Positions 9,591 through 15,853 of a DNA stretch of 64,000 nt are shown here, in pieces. The first letter of the stretch is position 1. Every line of letters begins with the position of its first letter. The stretch spans positions 1-64,000 of the IMG/VR virus record IMGVR_UViG_3300045988_132810. The stretch is one strand, 5' to 3'. The notes under the pieces were generated by a model that saw only the letters and a program-made list of their open reading frames with translations, searched no databases and had not been told where the DNA came from. The DNA is from a virus. A program made the translations under genes and the position numbers.

Positions 9591-9791
9591 ATGGATCAAT
9601 GCGGGACATGCAAGCATTATATTGGTTGTGGAGATTGGAATTTATGTTGTGATATTCCACATCCGACTCCTAAAGAAAAAGAAATGGGGATTACTTTTAT
9701 ATTTGGGCATTTGTGTTATGAGGACACAGGTGCTTGTGACATGTACGAGCCGAAAGGAGCAAACTATGTTAATGAAAATTGCACATCATAA
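9591..9791 (+). CDS. hypothetical Cys-rich protein
   Basis: ATG 9591 (MDQCGTCKHY...); multiple CxxC-like pairs. Confidence 0.45.
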   Translation: MDQCGTCKHYIGCGDWNLCCDIPHPTPKEKEMGITFIFGHLCYEDTGACDMYEPKGANYVNENCTS

Positions 9792-10035
9792 TGATGGAAA
9801 GGAAAAGTTTCAATCACATACTTGTTATTTATTTAATGATTCTGATAGATATCATAATTTTGACTTAACAAATATTTATGGATATGGCGAAACAAAAGAA
9901 GAAGCTATAGAAAACCTAAAGAAAAAACTTGCATATTATTTTGACGAGCTTCATGCGCTAGAAGAGATGCTTTATGAAACAGATGTGCTCGACAACGATA
10001 TTGTTGAAGTTGATTGTTTAGGAAGAAAGATTTAG
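9766..10035 (+). CDS. hypothetical protein
   Basis: ATG 9766 (MLMKIAHH) 6 nt after AAGGAG RBS; overlaps the upstream gene end. Confidence 0.45.
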   Translation: MLMKIAHHNDGKEKFQSHTCYLFNDSDRYHNFDLTNIYGYGETKEEAIENLKKKLAYYFDELHALEEMLYETDVLDNDIVEVDCLGRKI

Positions 10036-10130
10036 TGTATGTGGTGGCAAGATGGAGATTGTATTTGTAACACGGTAGTAAAATTACTTGGATTACTTGC
10101 GAATAGTATGGCATATTTAAAAAGTGCCAC

Positions 10131-10159
10131 TTGACAAACAGAAATTGTTGTGATATAAT
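10131..10159 (+). promoter_or_regulatory. sigma-70-type promoter (consensus, TGn-extended)
   Basis: TTGACA-17 nt-TATAAT with TGTGA immediately upstream of the -10. Confidence 0.7.
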
Positions 10160-10212
10160 CAAAGCATAGTTGAAAGAAGCCAATATGTGATTCAAAAAAA
10201 CGAAAAAAGCTA

Positions 10213-10241
10213 TTGACAAACAGAAAAACATATGGTATAAT
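10213..10241 (+). promoter_or_regulatory. sigma-70-type promoter (consensus)
   Basis: TTGACA-17 nt-TATAAT. Confidence 0.7.
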
Positions 10242-10260
10242 TCAAGCATAAGTCAAAAGA

Positions 10261-10276
10261 CAATACAAAATTATTT
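10261..10276 (+). promoter_or_regulatory. conserved intergenic motif copy (CAATACAAAATTATTT)
   Basis: 20 nt after the -10 and 24 nt upstream of ATG 10301. Confidence 0.55.
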
Positions 10277-10300
10277 AAAAAAGAAAGGACAAAAGAAAAA

Positions 10301-10645
10301 ATGGCTATTCAGTATTATAGCAACCCAAACACGAAGGAAACGTTCGCCGTTCTAAGAGGAACTGAGCTTGATGCAATTAATAAGATTGATAAGTTTCTCA
10401 ATGAGTTTGACTGTTATATGATTCGTGAGAAGTACATGATGCCTAAGCAGTTTAAGGTTAAGGTCAAGCTTGCGAAAGGTGATGTGTACGACGAGGAGAA
10501 GGGCAAGATGCTTGCAAAGGAAAAGCTTATGAAGAAGTATTATAGTGCTTTTGATAAGCGAATTGATATGTTTAGAGCAGATCTGATTGCACTAAACAGT
10601 CGTGTATTTGAAACTCCAGTAGAAATTCTTGAAAATATCACTTGA
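10301..10645 (+). CDS. hypothetical protein
   Basis: 114-aa ORF after AAAGGA RBS; stop codon overlaps the next -35 box. Confidence 0.55.
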   Translation: MAIQYYSNPNTKETFAVLRGTELDAINKIDKFLNEFDCYMIREKYMMPKQFKVKVKLAKGDVYDEEKGKMLAKEKLMKKYYSAFDKRIDMFRADLIALNSRVFETPVEILENIT

Positions 10646-10670
10646 CAATGCGAAATTATTGTGGTATAAT
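10642..10670 (+). promoter_or_regulatory. sigma-70-type promoter embedding a motif variant
   Basis: TTGACA-ATGCGAAATTATTGTGG-TATAAT. Confidence 0.7.
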
Positions 10671-10748
10671 TCAGAATGTAGTCAAGAGAGAGCCAACTTG
10701 ATTGATTGAGCCGCTTGAATACATAAGAAGAAAGACTATAAGATGCAC

Positions 10749-10777
10749 TTGACATGTGACAAGTAATGTGGTAATAT
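10749..10777 (+). promoter_or_regulatory. sigma-70-type promoter
   Basis: TTGACA-17 nt-TAATAT. Confidence 0.55.
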
Positions 10778-10791
10778 GTAAGCACGCTAGA

Positions 10792-10807
10792 CAGTACAAA
10801 ATTATAG
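10792..10807 (+). promoter_or_regulatory. conserved intergenic motif copy (CAGTACAAAATTATAG)
   Basis: 13 nt upstream of ATG 10821. Confidence 0.6.
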
Positions 10808-10820
10808 TCAAGGTGATAAG

Positions 10821-11558
10821 ATGAGCCAACTGATTGATATGACTAATTGGATTATGGCAGAGCATGGAGTGCCTGATAGTAAAATCACGGTACTTAAAAG
10901 AGTTGAAAACAACAAACATGGATCTACACGCTGGTTGTGTGAGTGCTCTTGTAGTGAACATAACAAATTTATTGCAATTGGTCAAGACATTAGGAATGGT
11001 AAAGTTAGATCTTGTGGATGTTTGCAAAAAGAAGCCACAAAAAAGATGGGGCAAAGCAGGCCAACAGAAAACAAACGAGATTTGTCTGGAAAGTTTGGAA
11101 TACTTTGGACAACAAACACTAATGATGAAGTGTATTTTGACCTAGAAGATTCAGAAGAAATTTTAAAACACAGTTGGTATTTGAGTGTAAAAGGTTATCC
11201 TACTTCACAGATTAATGGAAAACCAGTTAGGTTGCACCAATTTATTGGGTGTTATAACCACGACCATAAAAATAGGAATAAATTAGACAACCGAAAATCC
11301 AATTTAAGACCTTGTACTCAACAGGAAAACACAAGGAATAGAAGCAAGAACAAAAACAATAAATCTGGATTTACTGGAGTGTATTGGGATAAGCAATATT
11401 GTAAATGGGGCGCTCAAATTAAAGTCAAACAAAAGACAATTAAATTAGGAACATTTGATGATAAAATCGAAGCGCTTATCGCAAGATTAAAGGCCGAAAA
11501 AGAAATTTACAAAGAGTTTGCTCCACAAAGAGATTTGTTTGATGAATATAATATTTGA
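10821..11558 (+). CDS. free-standing HNH endonuclease with C-terminal AP2-type DNA-binding domain
   Basis: 245 aa; HQF..HDHKNRNKLDNRKSNLR..TQQEN (HNH_3-like) followed by SGFTGVYWDKQYCKWGAQIKVKQKTIKLGTF (AP2-like). Confidence 0.7.
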   Translation: MSQLIDMTNWIMAEHGVPDSKITVLKRVENNKHGSTRWLCECSCSEHNKFIAIGQDIRNGKVRSCGCLQKEATKKMGQSRPTENKRDLSGKFGILWTTNTNDEVYFDLEDSEEILKHSWYLSVKGYPTSQINGKPVRLHQFIGCYNHDHKNRNKLDNRKSNLRPCTQQENTRNRSKNKNNKSGFTGVYWDKQYCKWGAQIKVKQKTIKLGTFDDKIEALIARLKAEKEIYKEFAPQRDLFDEYNI

Positions 11559-11578
11559 TTTATAAGGAGATTGAGACT

Positions 11579-12232
11579 ATGACAAAAGAAACTTTGACTG
11601 TACATCGTGCTCTTGCAGAACTTAAGGTTATTGATTCACGCATCAATAATGCGATTTGTTCTGGTACGTTTGTGGTTGCGAATAAGCATTCTAATGAGAA
11701 GATTCATGGAGTGACCATTAATGAGTTTAAGAACAGCATGAAGTCAGATTTCCAGAAAGTGTCTGATCTGATTGCAAGACGTAATGCAATCAAGAAGGCG
11801 GTTGTTGCATCTAATGCAGTAACGAAGGTTAAGGTTGGTGACAACGAATACACAGTTGCTACCGCAATTGAGATGAAGAATCATGGGATGGAGTTCAAGA
11901 ACACATTCAAGAAGTGTCTTGAAGCTCAGTATGCTGTAGCAAAGAATGAGCTTGATAAGAACAGTGGTGATCCTCTTGAGAAGAGAGCAGAGAATTATGT
12001 TCTTAGTGTCATTCAGGCACAGCCGAAGGACTCTAAAATGGCTGTTGATTCGGAAGCGATGAAGAATCTTCGTGCTCAGTACATCAAGGATAACACTTAT
12101 GACATCATTGATCCTATTGGTGTCAAGGATGCCATTGAGCAGCTTGACAATGAGATTTCTAGTTTTATTACTGAAGTTGATGCGGCACTTTCGGTTAGTA
12201 ACGCACTAACTGTGCTTGATATCGAGTATTAA
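11579..12232 (+). CDS. hypothetical protein
   Basis: ATG 11579 (MTKETLTV) 10 nt after AAGGAG; 217 aa, predicted helical. Confidence 0.55.
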   Translation: MTKETLTVHRALAELKVIDSRINNAICSGTFVVANKHSNEKIHGVTINEFKNSMKSDFQKVSDLIARRNAIKKAVVASNAVTKVKVGDNEYTVATAIEMKNHGMEFKNTFKKCLEAQYAVAKNELDKNSGDPLEKRAENYVLSVIQAQPKDSKMAVDSEAMKNLRAQYIKDNTYDIIDPIGVKDAIEQLDNEISSFITEVDAALSVSNALTVLDIEY

Positions 12233-12445
12233 GCAACTAACTTGCTGCCATTCGAAAACCTAGAACGGACTTGCTTCGATGGTTTTGACCGATACATTGA
12301 TGTGAAATAATAAAAAAATTGGTCTTCAACAATATTTTTACTAATGCTAATAATACAGTAAAAGGTCTAATATATGGATTGACTTAAAATTGATTAAAAT
12401 TAAGACGTACATATATTTTCTAACTGTAAAGCTTAAAGTTTAAAT

Positions 12446-12473
12446 ATCAATGCTCAGAGATCAATGCTCAAAG
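12446..12473. repeat. tandem 14-bp direct repeat inside a 490-bp AT-rich non-coding region
   Basis: ATCAATGCTCAGAG / ATCAATGCTCAAAG back to back; flanked by several TAAAGTT-like repeats. Confidence 0.8.
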
Positions 12474-12757
12474 ATTATTTTTCGTCAAAGTTTAAGTCTT
12501 AAAGTTGTAAAGAGGGCTTTTAGATAATTATTAATTAAAATTGTGTGCCCACAAAGTTTTACAAAATCCTTGAGCAATGGTTTGGTTTCAAGTTCAATGG
12601 CCATAGGTTATCCACAAGGCTGAATGGTAGCAATCCTTGTGTGAAAATAGGTTAATGTGTGAAATATATAGAATTTCGAGTACTAGCAGAGCTGGGCATC
12701 TCTGAAAACTGCCCATTGATATGGCGGAGTGATGGAAGCAGTAGACATAGCAGACTT

Positions 12758-13525
12758 TTTCAGAAAGTAATTCTTTTTAAGAGATTCATACAAAGTGCTT
12801 AAGAATTACCTAATTTAAAATGTTAGGTGGATTGTATGAAAAAATGGGAAAGATTTACTCGGCAAGAGATTGAACAATTTGTAAAAGATAGTTTTAGTTA
12901 TGCTCAATTAGCAAAAAAGTGTGGATATAAAGGCGGGAGTAGTTTACAACAAATAAAGCAAATGGTAGAACAGTTTGAGCTAGACGTATCACATTTTACT
13001 GGGCAAGGGTGGCTTGCAGGAAGAACATACGAAAGTAAAAAATATATTCAGTTTAACGAATATATAAAAAGCAAATATGTCCAGACTAATAAACTTCGAA
13101 AAAAATTATTAAAAGAAGGACTTAAAGAGCATGTATGTGAATGTTGTTTAAATTCTATGTGGAATGGAGTGCCAATACCACTTGAAGTTCATCATATAGA
13201 CGGTGATAAAAACAACAATGATTTGGAAAATCTTCAATTATTGTGTCCAAATTGTCATGCATTAACTGATACTTATCGAGGAAGAAATACGAGAAGACAC
13301 AAGGAGAAAACATCAAATTGAAATCTCTTGTAGGAGCACCAAGTCAGGAAACTACTTGCGTGAATGACCCCTAAACGGCGAACAGTTCTGAGAACGCCGT
13401 ACCAATCCAACACTTGTTGGAAGTGCGTAGAGACTATACAGGGTCAACCTAAGTCGAAAGATATGGTTAAGACATAGTCCAGCCCACAACGTAGAAATAC
13501 GGCCATGGTGACATGGAGTGGGATG
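12758..13525 (+). mobile_element. group I intron (768 nt) in the tRNA-Leu(UAA) anticodon loop, carrying an HNH ORF
   Basis: Follows exon U34 and ends in G. Core-like elements are GTGCGTAGAGACTATACA (13423-13440, R-like) and AAGACATAGTCC (13469-13480, S-like). The ORF sits in the 5' part. Confidence 0.75.
12836..13321 (+). CDS. intron-encoded HNH homing endonuclease
   Basis: ATG 12836 after AGGTGG RBS; EVHHIDGDKNNNDLENLQLLCPNCH motif. Confidence 0.85.
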   Translation: MKKWERFTRQEIEQFVKDSFSYAQLAKKCGYKGGSSLQQIKQMVEQFELDVSHFTGQGWLAGRTYESKKYIQFNEYIKSKYVQTNKLRKKLLKEGLKEHVCECCLNSMWNGVPIPLEVHHIDGDKNNNDLENLQLLCPNCHALTDTYRGRNTRRHKEKTSN

Positions 13526-13635
13526 AAAATCTGCTGGTAGTAATACCGTGCGGGAGCAAAGCCCGTCTCCGCTACCACGCGAACAAATGGAATGCGTTAA
13601 GTAATGTGTGGCTGACTGACCTAAGAGTCAAATAT

Positions 13636-13709
13636 GCAAGCGTAACTCAGTTGGATAGAGTGCCTCGCTACGAACGAGGAAGACATGGGTTCAAATCCTA
13701 TCGTTTGCA
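13636..13709 (+). tRNA. tRNA-Arg(ACG): tRNA-Arg(ACG)
   Basis: Acceptor GCAAGCG/CGTTTGC, D arm ACTC..GAGT, anticodon arm CCTCG-CTACGAA-CGAGG, T arm ATGGG-TTCAAAT-CCTAT. Confidence 0.85.
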
Positions 13710-13720
13710 TTCTTTAATAT

Positions 13721-13805
13721 GCCCGAATGATGGAATTGGTAGACATGCAGCTCTCAAAAAGCTGTGCCGCAAGGCGTGTGAGATCGTGGCTCACTTCGGG
13801 TACCA
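13721..13805 (+). tRNA. tRNA-Leu(CAA): tRNA-Leu(CAA), CCA encoded
   Basis: Acceptor GCCCGAA/TTCGGGT, anticodon arm CAGCT-CTCAAAA-AGCTG, long variable arm, T arm GTGAG-ATCGTGG-CTCAC (atypical T-loop), A-CCA. Confidence 0.8.
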
Positions 13806-13971
13806 AATGGTAGTAAGTAGTGCAAATTTTATATCAGATAACCAGTAAGGATAAAATCCGTTGCAGGATTTGCTCCCTGTATCGAGAAAGATTAAATTTG
13901 AACTCGCTGAAAGTAGCTGGTGAATGGGTATAAAATGGAGTCATGCACGGCTCCGCTTGCTATCATTACCA
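13806..13971 (+). ncRNA. structured RNA X1 (unknown family): 12-bp terminal helix, NCCA 3' end, starts directly after the tRNA-Leu CCA
   Basis: Terminal helix AATGGTAGTAAG (13806-17) pairs with CTTGCTATCATT (13956-67), then A-CCA. Inner helices are GTGCA/TGCAC (13820-24/13944-48) and ATTTTATA/TATAAAAT (13826-33/13929-36). Homologous to X2 with compensatory changes. Confidence 0.6.
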
Positions 13972-14024
13972 CAGGTCTTTGTGGCAACTGTACGACCTTA
14001 TAAACTACTAAAGTTGCAACATAT

Positions 14025-14099
14025 TGCTGGCGGGAGGTTGGCATCTCAAGCGGCCTCATAAATCGTTTTAATCTGGTTCAATTCCAGAGTCAGCAACCA
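14025..14099 (+). tRNA. tRNA-(CAU): tRNA with CAU anticodon (Met or Ile2 type), weak anticodon stem
   Basis: Acceptor TGCTGGC/GTCAGCA, T arm TCTGG-TTCAATT-CCAGA, A-CCA; loop CTCATAA. The anticodon stem GCGGC/ATCGT has two G-U pairs and one mismatch. Confidence 0.6.
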
Positions 14100-14108
14100 A
14101 ATAAATAT

Positions 14109-14191
14109 GGGCAGGTAGCGAATCGGCAAACGCGGCGGACTGTAAATCCGTTCCTTCGGGGTAGTGGGCTCGACACCCACCCTGCCCACCA
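14109..14191 (+). tRNA. tRNA-Tyr(GUA): tRNA-Tyr(GUA), copy 1
   Basis: Acceptor GGGCAGG/CCTGCCC, anticodon arm GCGGA-CTGTAAA-TCCGT, long variable arm, T arm GTGGG-CTCGACA-CCCAC (atypical loop), A-CCA. Confidence 0.8.
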
Positions 14192-14294
14192 AATGATGGT
14201 GAGTAGCGTACAATGTCAGATTTTAGTGAAGGTAGAACCAGCAACTTTTAAATCTGTTAGGGGTCATACGCGGCCTCGCTTGCTATCATTGCCA
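14192..14294 (+). ncRNA. structured RNA X2 (same family as X1), starts directly after the tRNA-Tyr CCA
   Basis: Terminal helix AATGATGGTGAG (14192-203) pairs with CTTGCTATCATT (14279-90), then G-CCA. Inner helices are GCGTA/TACGC (14206-10/14267-71) and CAGATTT/AAATCTG (14217-23/14250-56). Confidence 0.6.
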
Positions 14295-14374
14295 AGGGAT
14301 AAGTTGCTTAAACTGTTCGAACGAACCCTACAAATCGGCAGAAACGGTGACAGCTCGGAAAGACGGCAAAACAT

Positions 14375-14450
14375 GGGGCGGTCATACAGCGGTCTAGTAT
14401 GTCGGACTTATAATCCGTTCACGAGTGTTCAAATCACTCTCGTCCCACCA
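14375..14450 (+). tRNA. tRNA-Ile(UAU): tRNA-Ile(UAU), CCA encoded
   Basis: 76-nt cloverleaf: acceptor GGGGCGG/TCGTCCC, D arm ATAC..GTAT, anticodon loop CT-TAT-AA, T arm GAGTG-TTCAAAT-CACTC. Confidence 0.8.
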
Positions 14451-14459
14451 AATTACATA

Positions 14460-14475
14460 TAATACAAAATTATAG
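14460..14475 (+). promoter_or_regulatory. conserved intergenic motif copy (TAATACAAAATTATAG)
   Basis: Between tRNA-Ile and ORF 14504, inside the tRNA array. Confidence 0.6.
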
Positions 14476-14503
14476 CTTTCAACACATGGAAGGACGACAA
14501 AGA

Positions 14504-15250
14504 ATGAATGACAAAATTGACGATATTGGAATTTATACTGATATACATGAAAGTGGTAAAAGAAATAAGGATGGTAATAAAATGTATTATGCCACCTGTA
14601 AAGTGTGTGGAACAATAGTAGAAAAGAAATTGGCCAATATCAAGCGAAGTAATAAAATTTGTTGTCACAAAACACAAAAAAACAATTTAAATAAGATTAA
14701 TGACATGCCAGTTGGCTGGATCAATAAATCAGATTTAAATAAAAAAATTTATGATACGTGGAAAGGAATGTGGAATAGAACAACTGAAAAATGTTGGGGG
14801 AAATACCCTACTTACATAGGGACAACAGTTGATGATTCATGGAGATTGCTTAGTAATTTTGTAAATGATATCAAAGAATTGCCCGGATATGAAGAGTGGG
14901 CAAATTCTAAAAAAAGAATGATGATGCTAGATAAAGACACATTGGTTGATGGGAATAAACACTATAGCAAAGAAACTTGTTGTTTTATCACAGCTTTAGA
15001 ATCGAGCAAAGACGTGAATAAAAGGCATCCTGATAATACTTTGAAAGCAAATGCAGCTAGTGTTAAGAAGTGTTCTATCCCAGTAAAAATAATGAATAAG
15101 CAAACTTTCGAAGAAAAGATTTTCCCTTCACTTCGAGAAGCGTGTAGAGTAATGGGATGGAATGAAGGTAATGCTTGGAAGGTAGTAAGTGATAAGTATC
15201 CATATAACAGTTCTGTAGAAGGATGGACAATAGAACAACTAAATGAATAA
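14504..15250 (+). CDS. putative free-standing homing-endonuclease-like DNA-binding protein
   Basis: ATG 14504 after GAAGGA RBS. N-terminal zinc-finger-like CKVCGT..CCHK resembles the N-terminus of the 10821 HNH-AP2 protein. C-terminal FPSLREACRVMGWNEGNAWKVV looks like a nuclease-associated HTH module; no clear catalytic motif seen. Confidence 0.4.
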   Translation: MNDKIDDIGIYTDIHESGKRNKDGNKMYYATCKVCGTIVEKKLANIKRSNKICCHKTQKNNLNKINDMPVGWINKSDLNKKIYDTWKGMWNRTTEKCWGKYPTYIGTTVDDSWRLLSNFVNDIKELPGYEEWANSKKRMMMLDKDTLVDGNKHYSKETCCFITALESSKDVNKRHPDNTLKANAASVKKCSIPVKIMNKQTFEEKIFPSLREACRVMGWNEGNAWKVVSDKYPYNSSVEGWTIEQLNE

Positions 15251-15282
15251 ACGCAATAAAGAAAATGTTGAAACATAAATGA

Positions 15283-15361
15283 AACACTGAGGTCGGAAAG
15301 GCTCCCGACGCTCCTCTTATAGGGAATCTGAGATGCAGGATACGCCGCCCTGCCAGTGTTT
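15283..15361 (+). ncRNA. degenerate tRNA-like cloverleaf (loop CT-TAT-AG), probable tRNA pseudogene
   Basis: Acceptor-like AACACTG/CAGTGTT, arm GTCGG..CCGAC, arm GCAGG-ATACGCCGC-CCTGC; poor anticodon stem, no CCA, no T-loop consensus. Confidence 0.4.
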
Positions 15362-15371
15362 AAAATTATAT

Positions 15372-15442
15372 TATCGTATAGCTTAATGGGAAAGCGCCCT
15401 CACTATCAGAGGGAGATACTTGTTCGATTCAAGTTGCGTTAG
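15372..15442 (+). tRNA. tRNA with non-canonical anticodon loop ACTATCA (formally UAU, Ile-like)
   Basis: Acceptor TATCGTA/TGCGTTA (one U-U mismatch), D arm GCTT..AAGC, anticodon stem CCCTC/GAGGG, T arm ACTTG-TTCGATT-CAAGT; C33 and C37 are unusual. Confidence 0.55.
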
Positions 15443-15520
15443 AAAAATGTGGATGCTATGCACGTCGCGCGCCGCCACCAAACAAAGCATAGCTGGCGCT
15501 GTGGAAAGACACAGAGATCT

Positions 15521-15605
15521 GCAGGAGTCCCATAGTGGTCGATTGGAGCGGTTTTGTAAGCCGCCAGCTTTGCTCACGTCGGTTCGAATCCGACCTCCTG
15601 CTCCA
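15521..15605 (+). tRNA. tRNA-Tyr(GUA): tRNA-Tyr(GUA), copy 2, CCA encoded
   Basis: Acceptor GCAGGAG/CTCCTGC, anticodon arm GCGGT-TTGTAAG-GCCGC, variable arm AGC-TTT-GCT, T arm GTCGG-TTCGAAT-CCGAC, T-CCA. Confidence 0.75.
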
Positions 15606-15613
15606 CATTATAT

Positions 15614-15729
15614 GCAAGTAAGGAAGAATTGGTCTTCTCTCATTTAACAAAGCTGAGATACAAAAAGATCGCTACTTTGGAAACGTTCGCTTTGGGGAAA
15701 TGTGTGTTCGAATCACACTACTTGCTCCA
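15614..15729 (+). ncRNA. 116-nt tRNA-like gene with expanded anticodon/variable region
   Basis: Canonical acceptor GCAAGTA/TACTTGC plus T-CCA, D arm GAAG-AATTGGT-CTTC, T arm GTGTG-TTCGAAT-CACAC. The middle part is TCTCA-(11-nt loop TTTAACAAAGC)-TGAGA followed by a 43-nt insert. Confidence 0.5.
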
Positions 15730-15853
15730 GCGAGGTAACGTCACTTCCATCACGTAGCACAGCGGATAGCAAATAGTGAAAGAGATATGTGCACCTAGGC
15801 TCTTGTTTGAACTATTTGGTTATGATAAAGAAGGATTGGAAACCTCGCTTTAT

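Larger units (their letters stand above)
12723..13577 (+). tRNA. tRNA-Leu(UAA): tRNA-Leu(UAA) gene split by a group I intron (exons 12723-12757 and 13526-13577)
   Basis: Joined exons give an 87-nt type-II cloverleaf. Acceptor is GGCGGAG/CTCCGCT (G1-U72 wobble), the D arm resembles the Leu(CAA) paralogue, and the anticodon stem is GCAGA/TCTGC with loop CT-TAA-AA. The variable arm is TGGTAGTAATACCG, the T arm GCGGG-AGCAAAG-CCCGT, followed by A-CCA. Confidence 0.8.

Noticed and set aside
12446-12473. CRISPR array
   Set aside because: There are only two adjacent 14-bp repeat units with no spacers. No repeat-spacer periodicity was seen anywhere in the window, and no cas genes.
12233-12722. Treating this region as the 5' part of the HNH-containing intron
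   Set aside because: The tRNA-Leu(UAA) 5' exon lies at 12723-12757, downstream of this region, so the region is outside the intron.
13513-13848. ORF-track entries 13513..13848, 14193..14462 (plus strand), 15420..15647 and the antisense ORFs 14394..14677 and 15383..15650
   Set aside because: They run straight through tRNA genes and structured RNAs, have no RBS, and have odd composition. The region is better explained as an RNA gene array.
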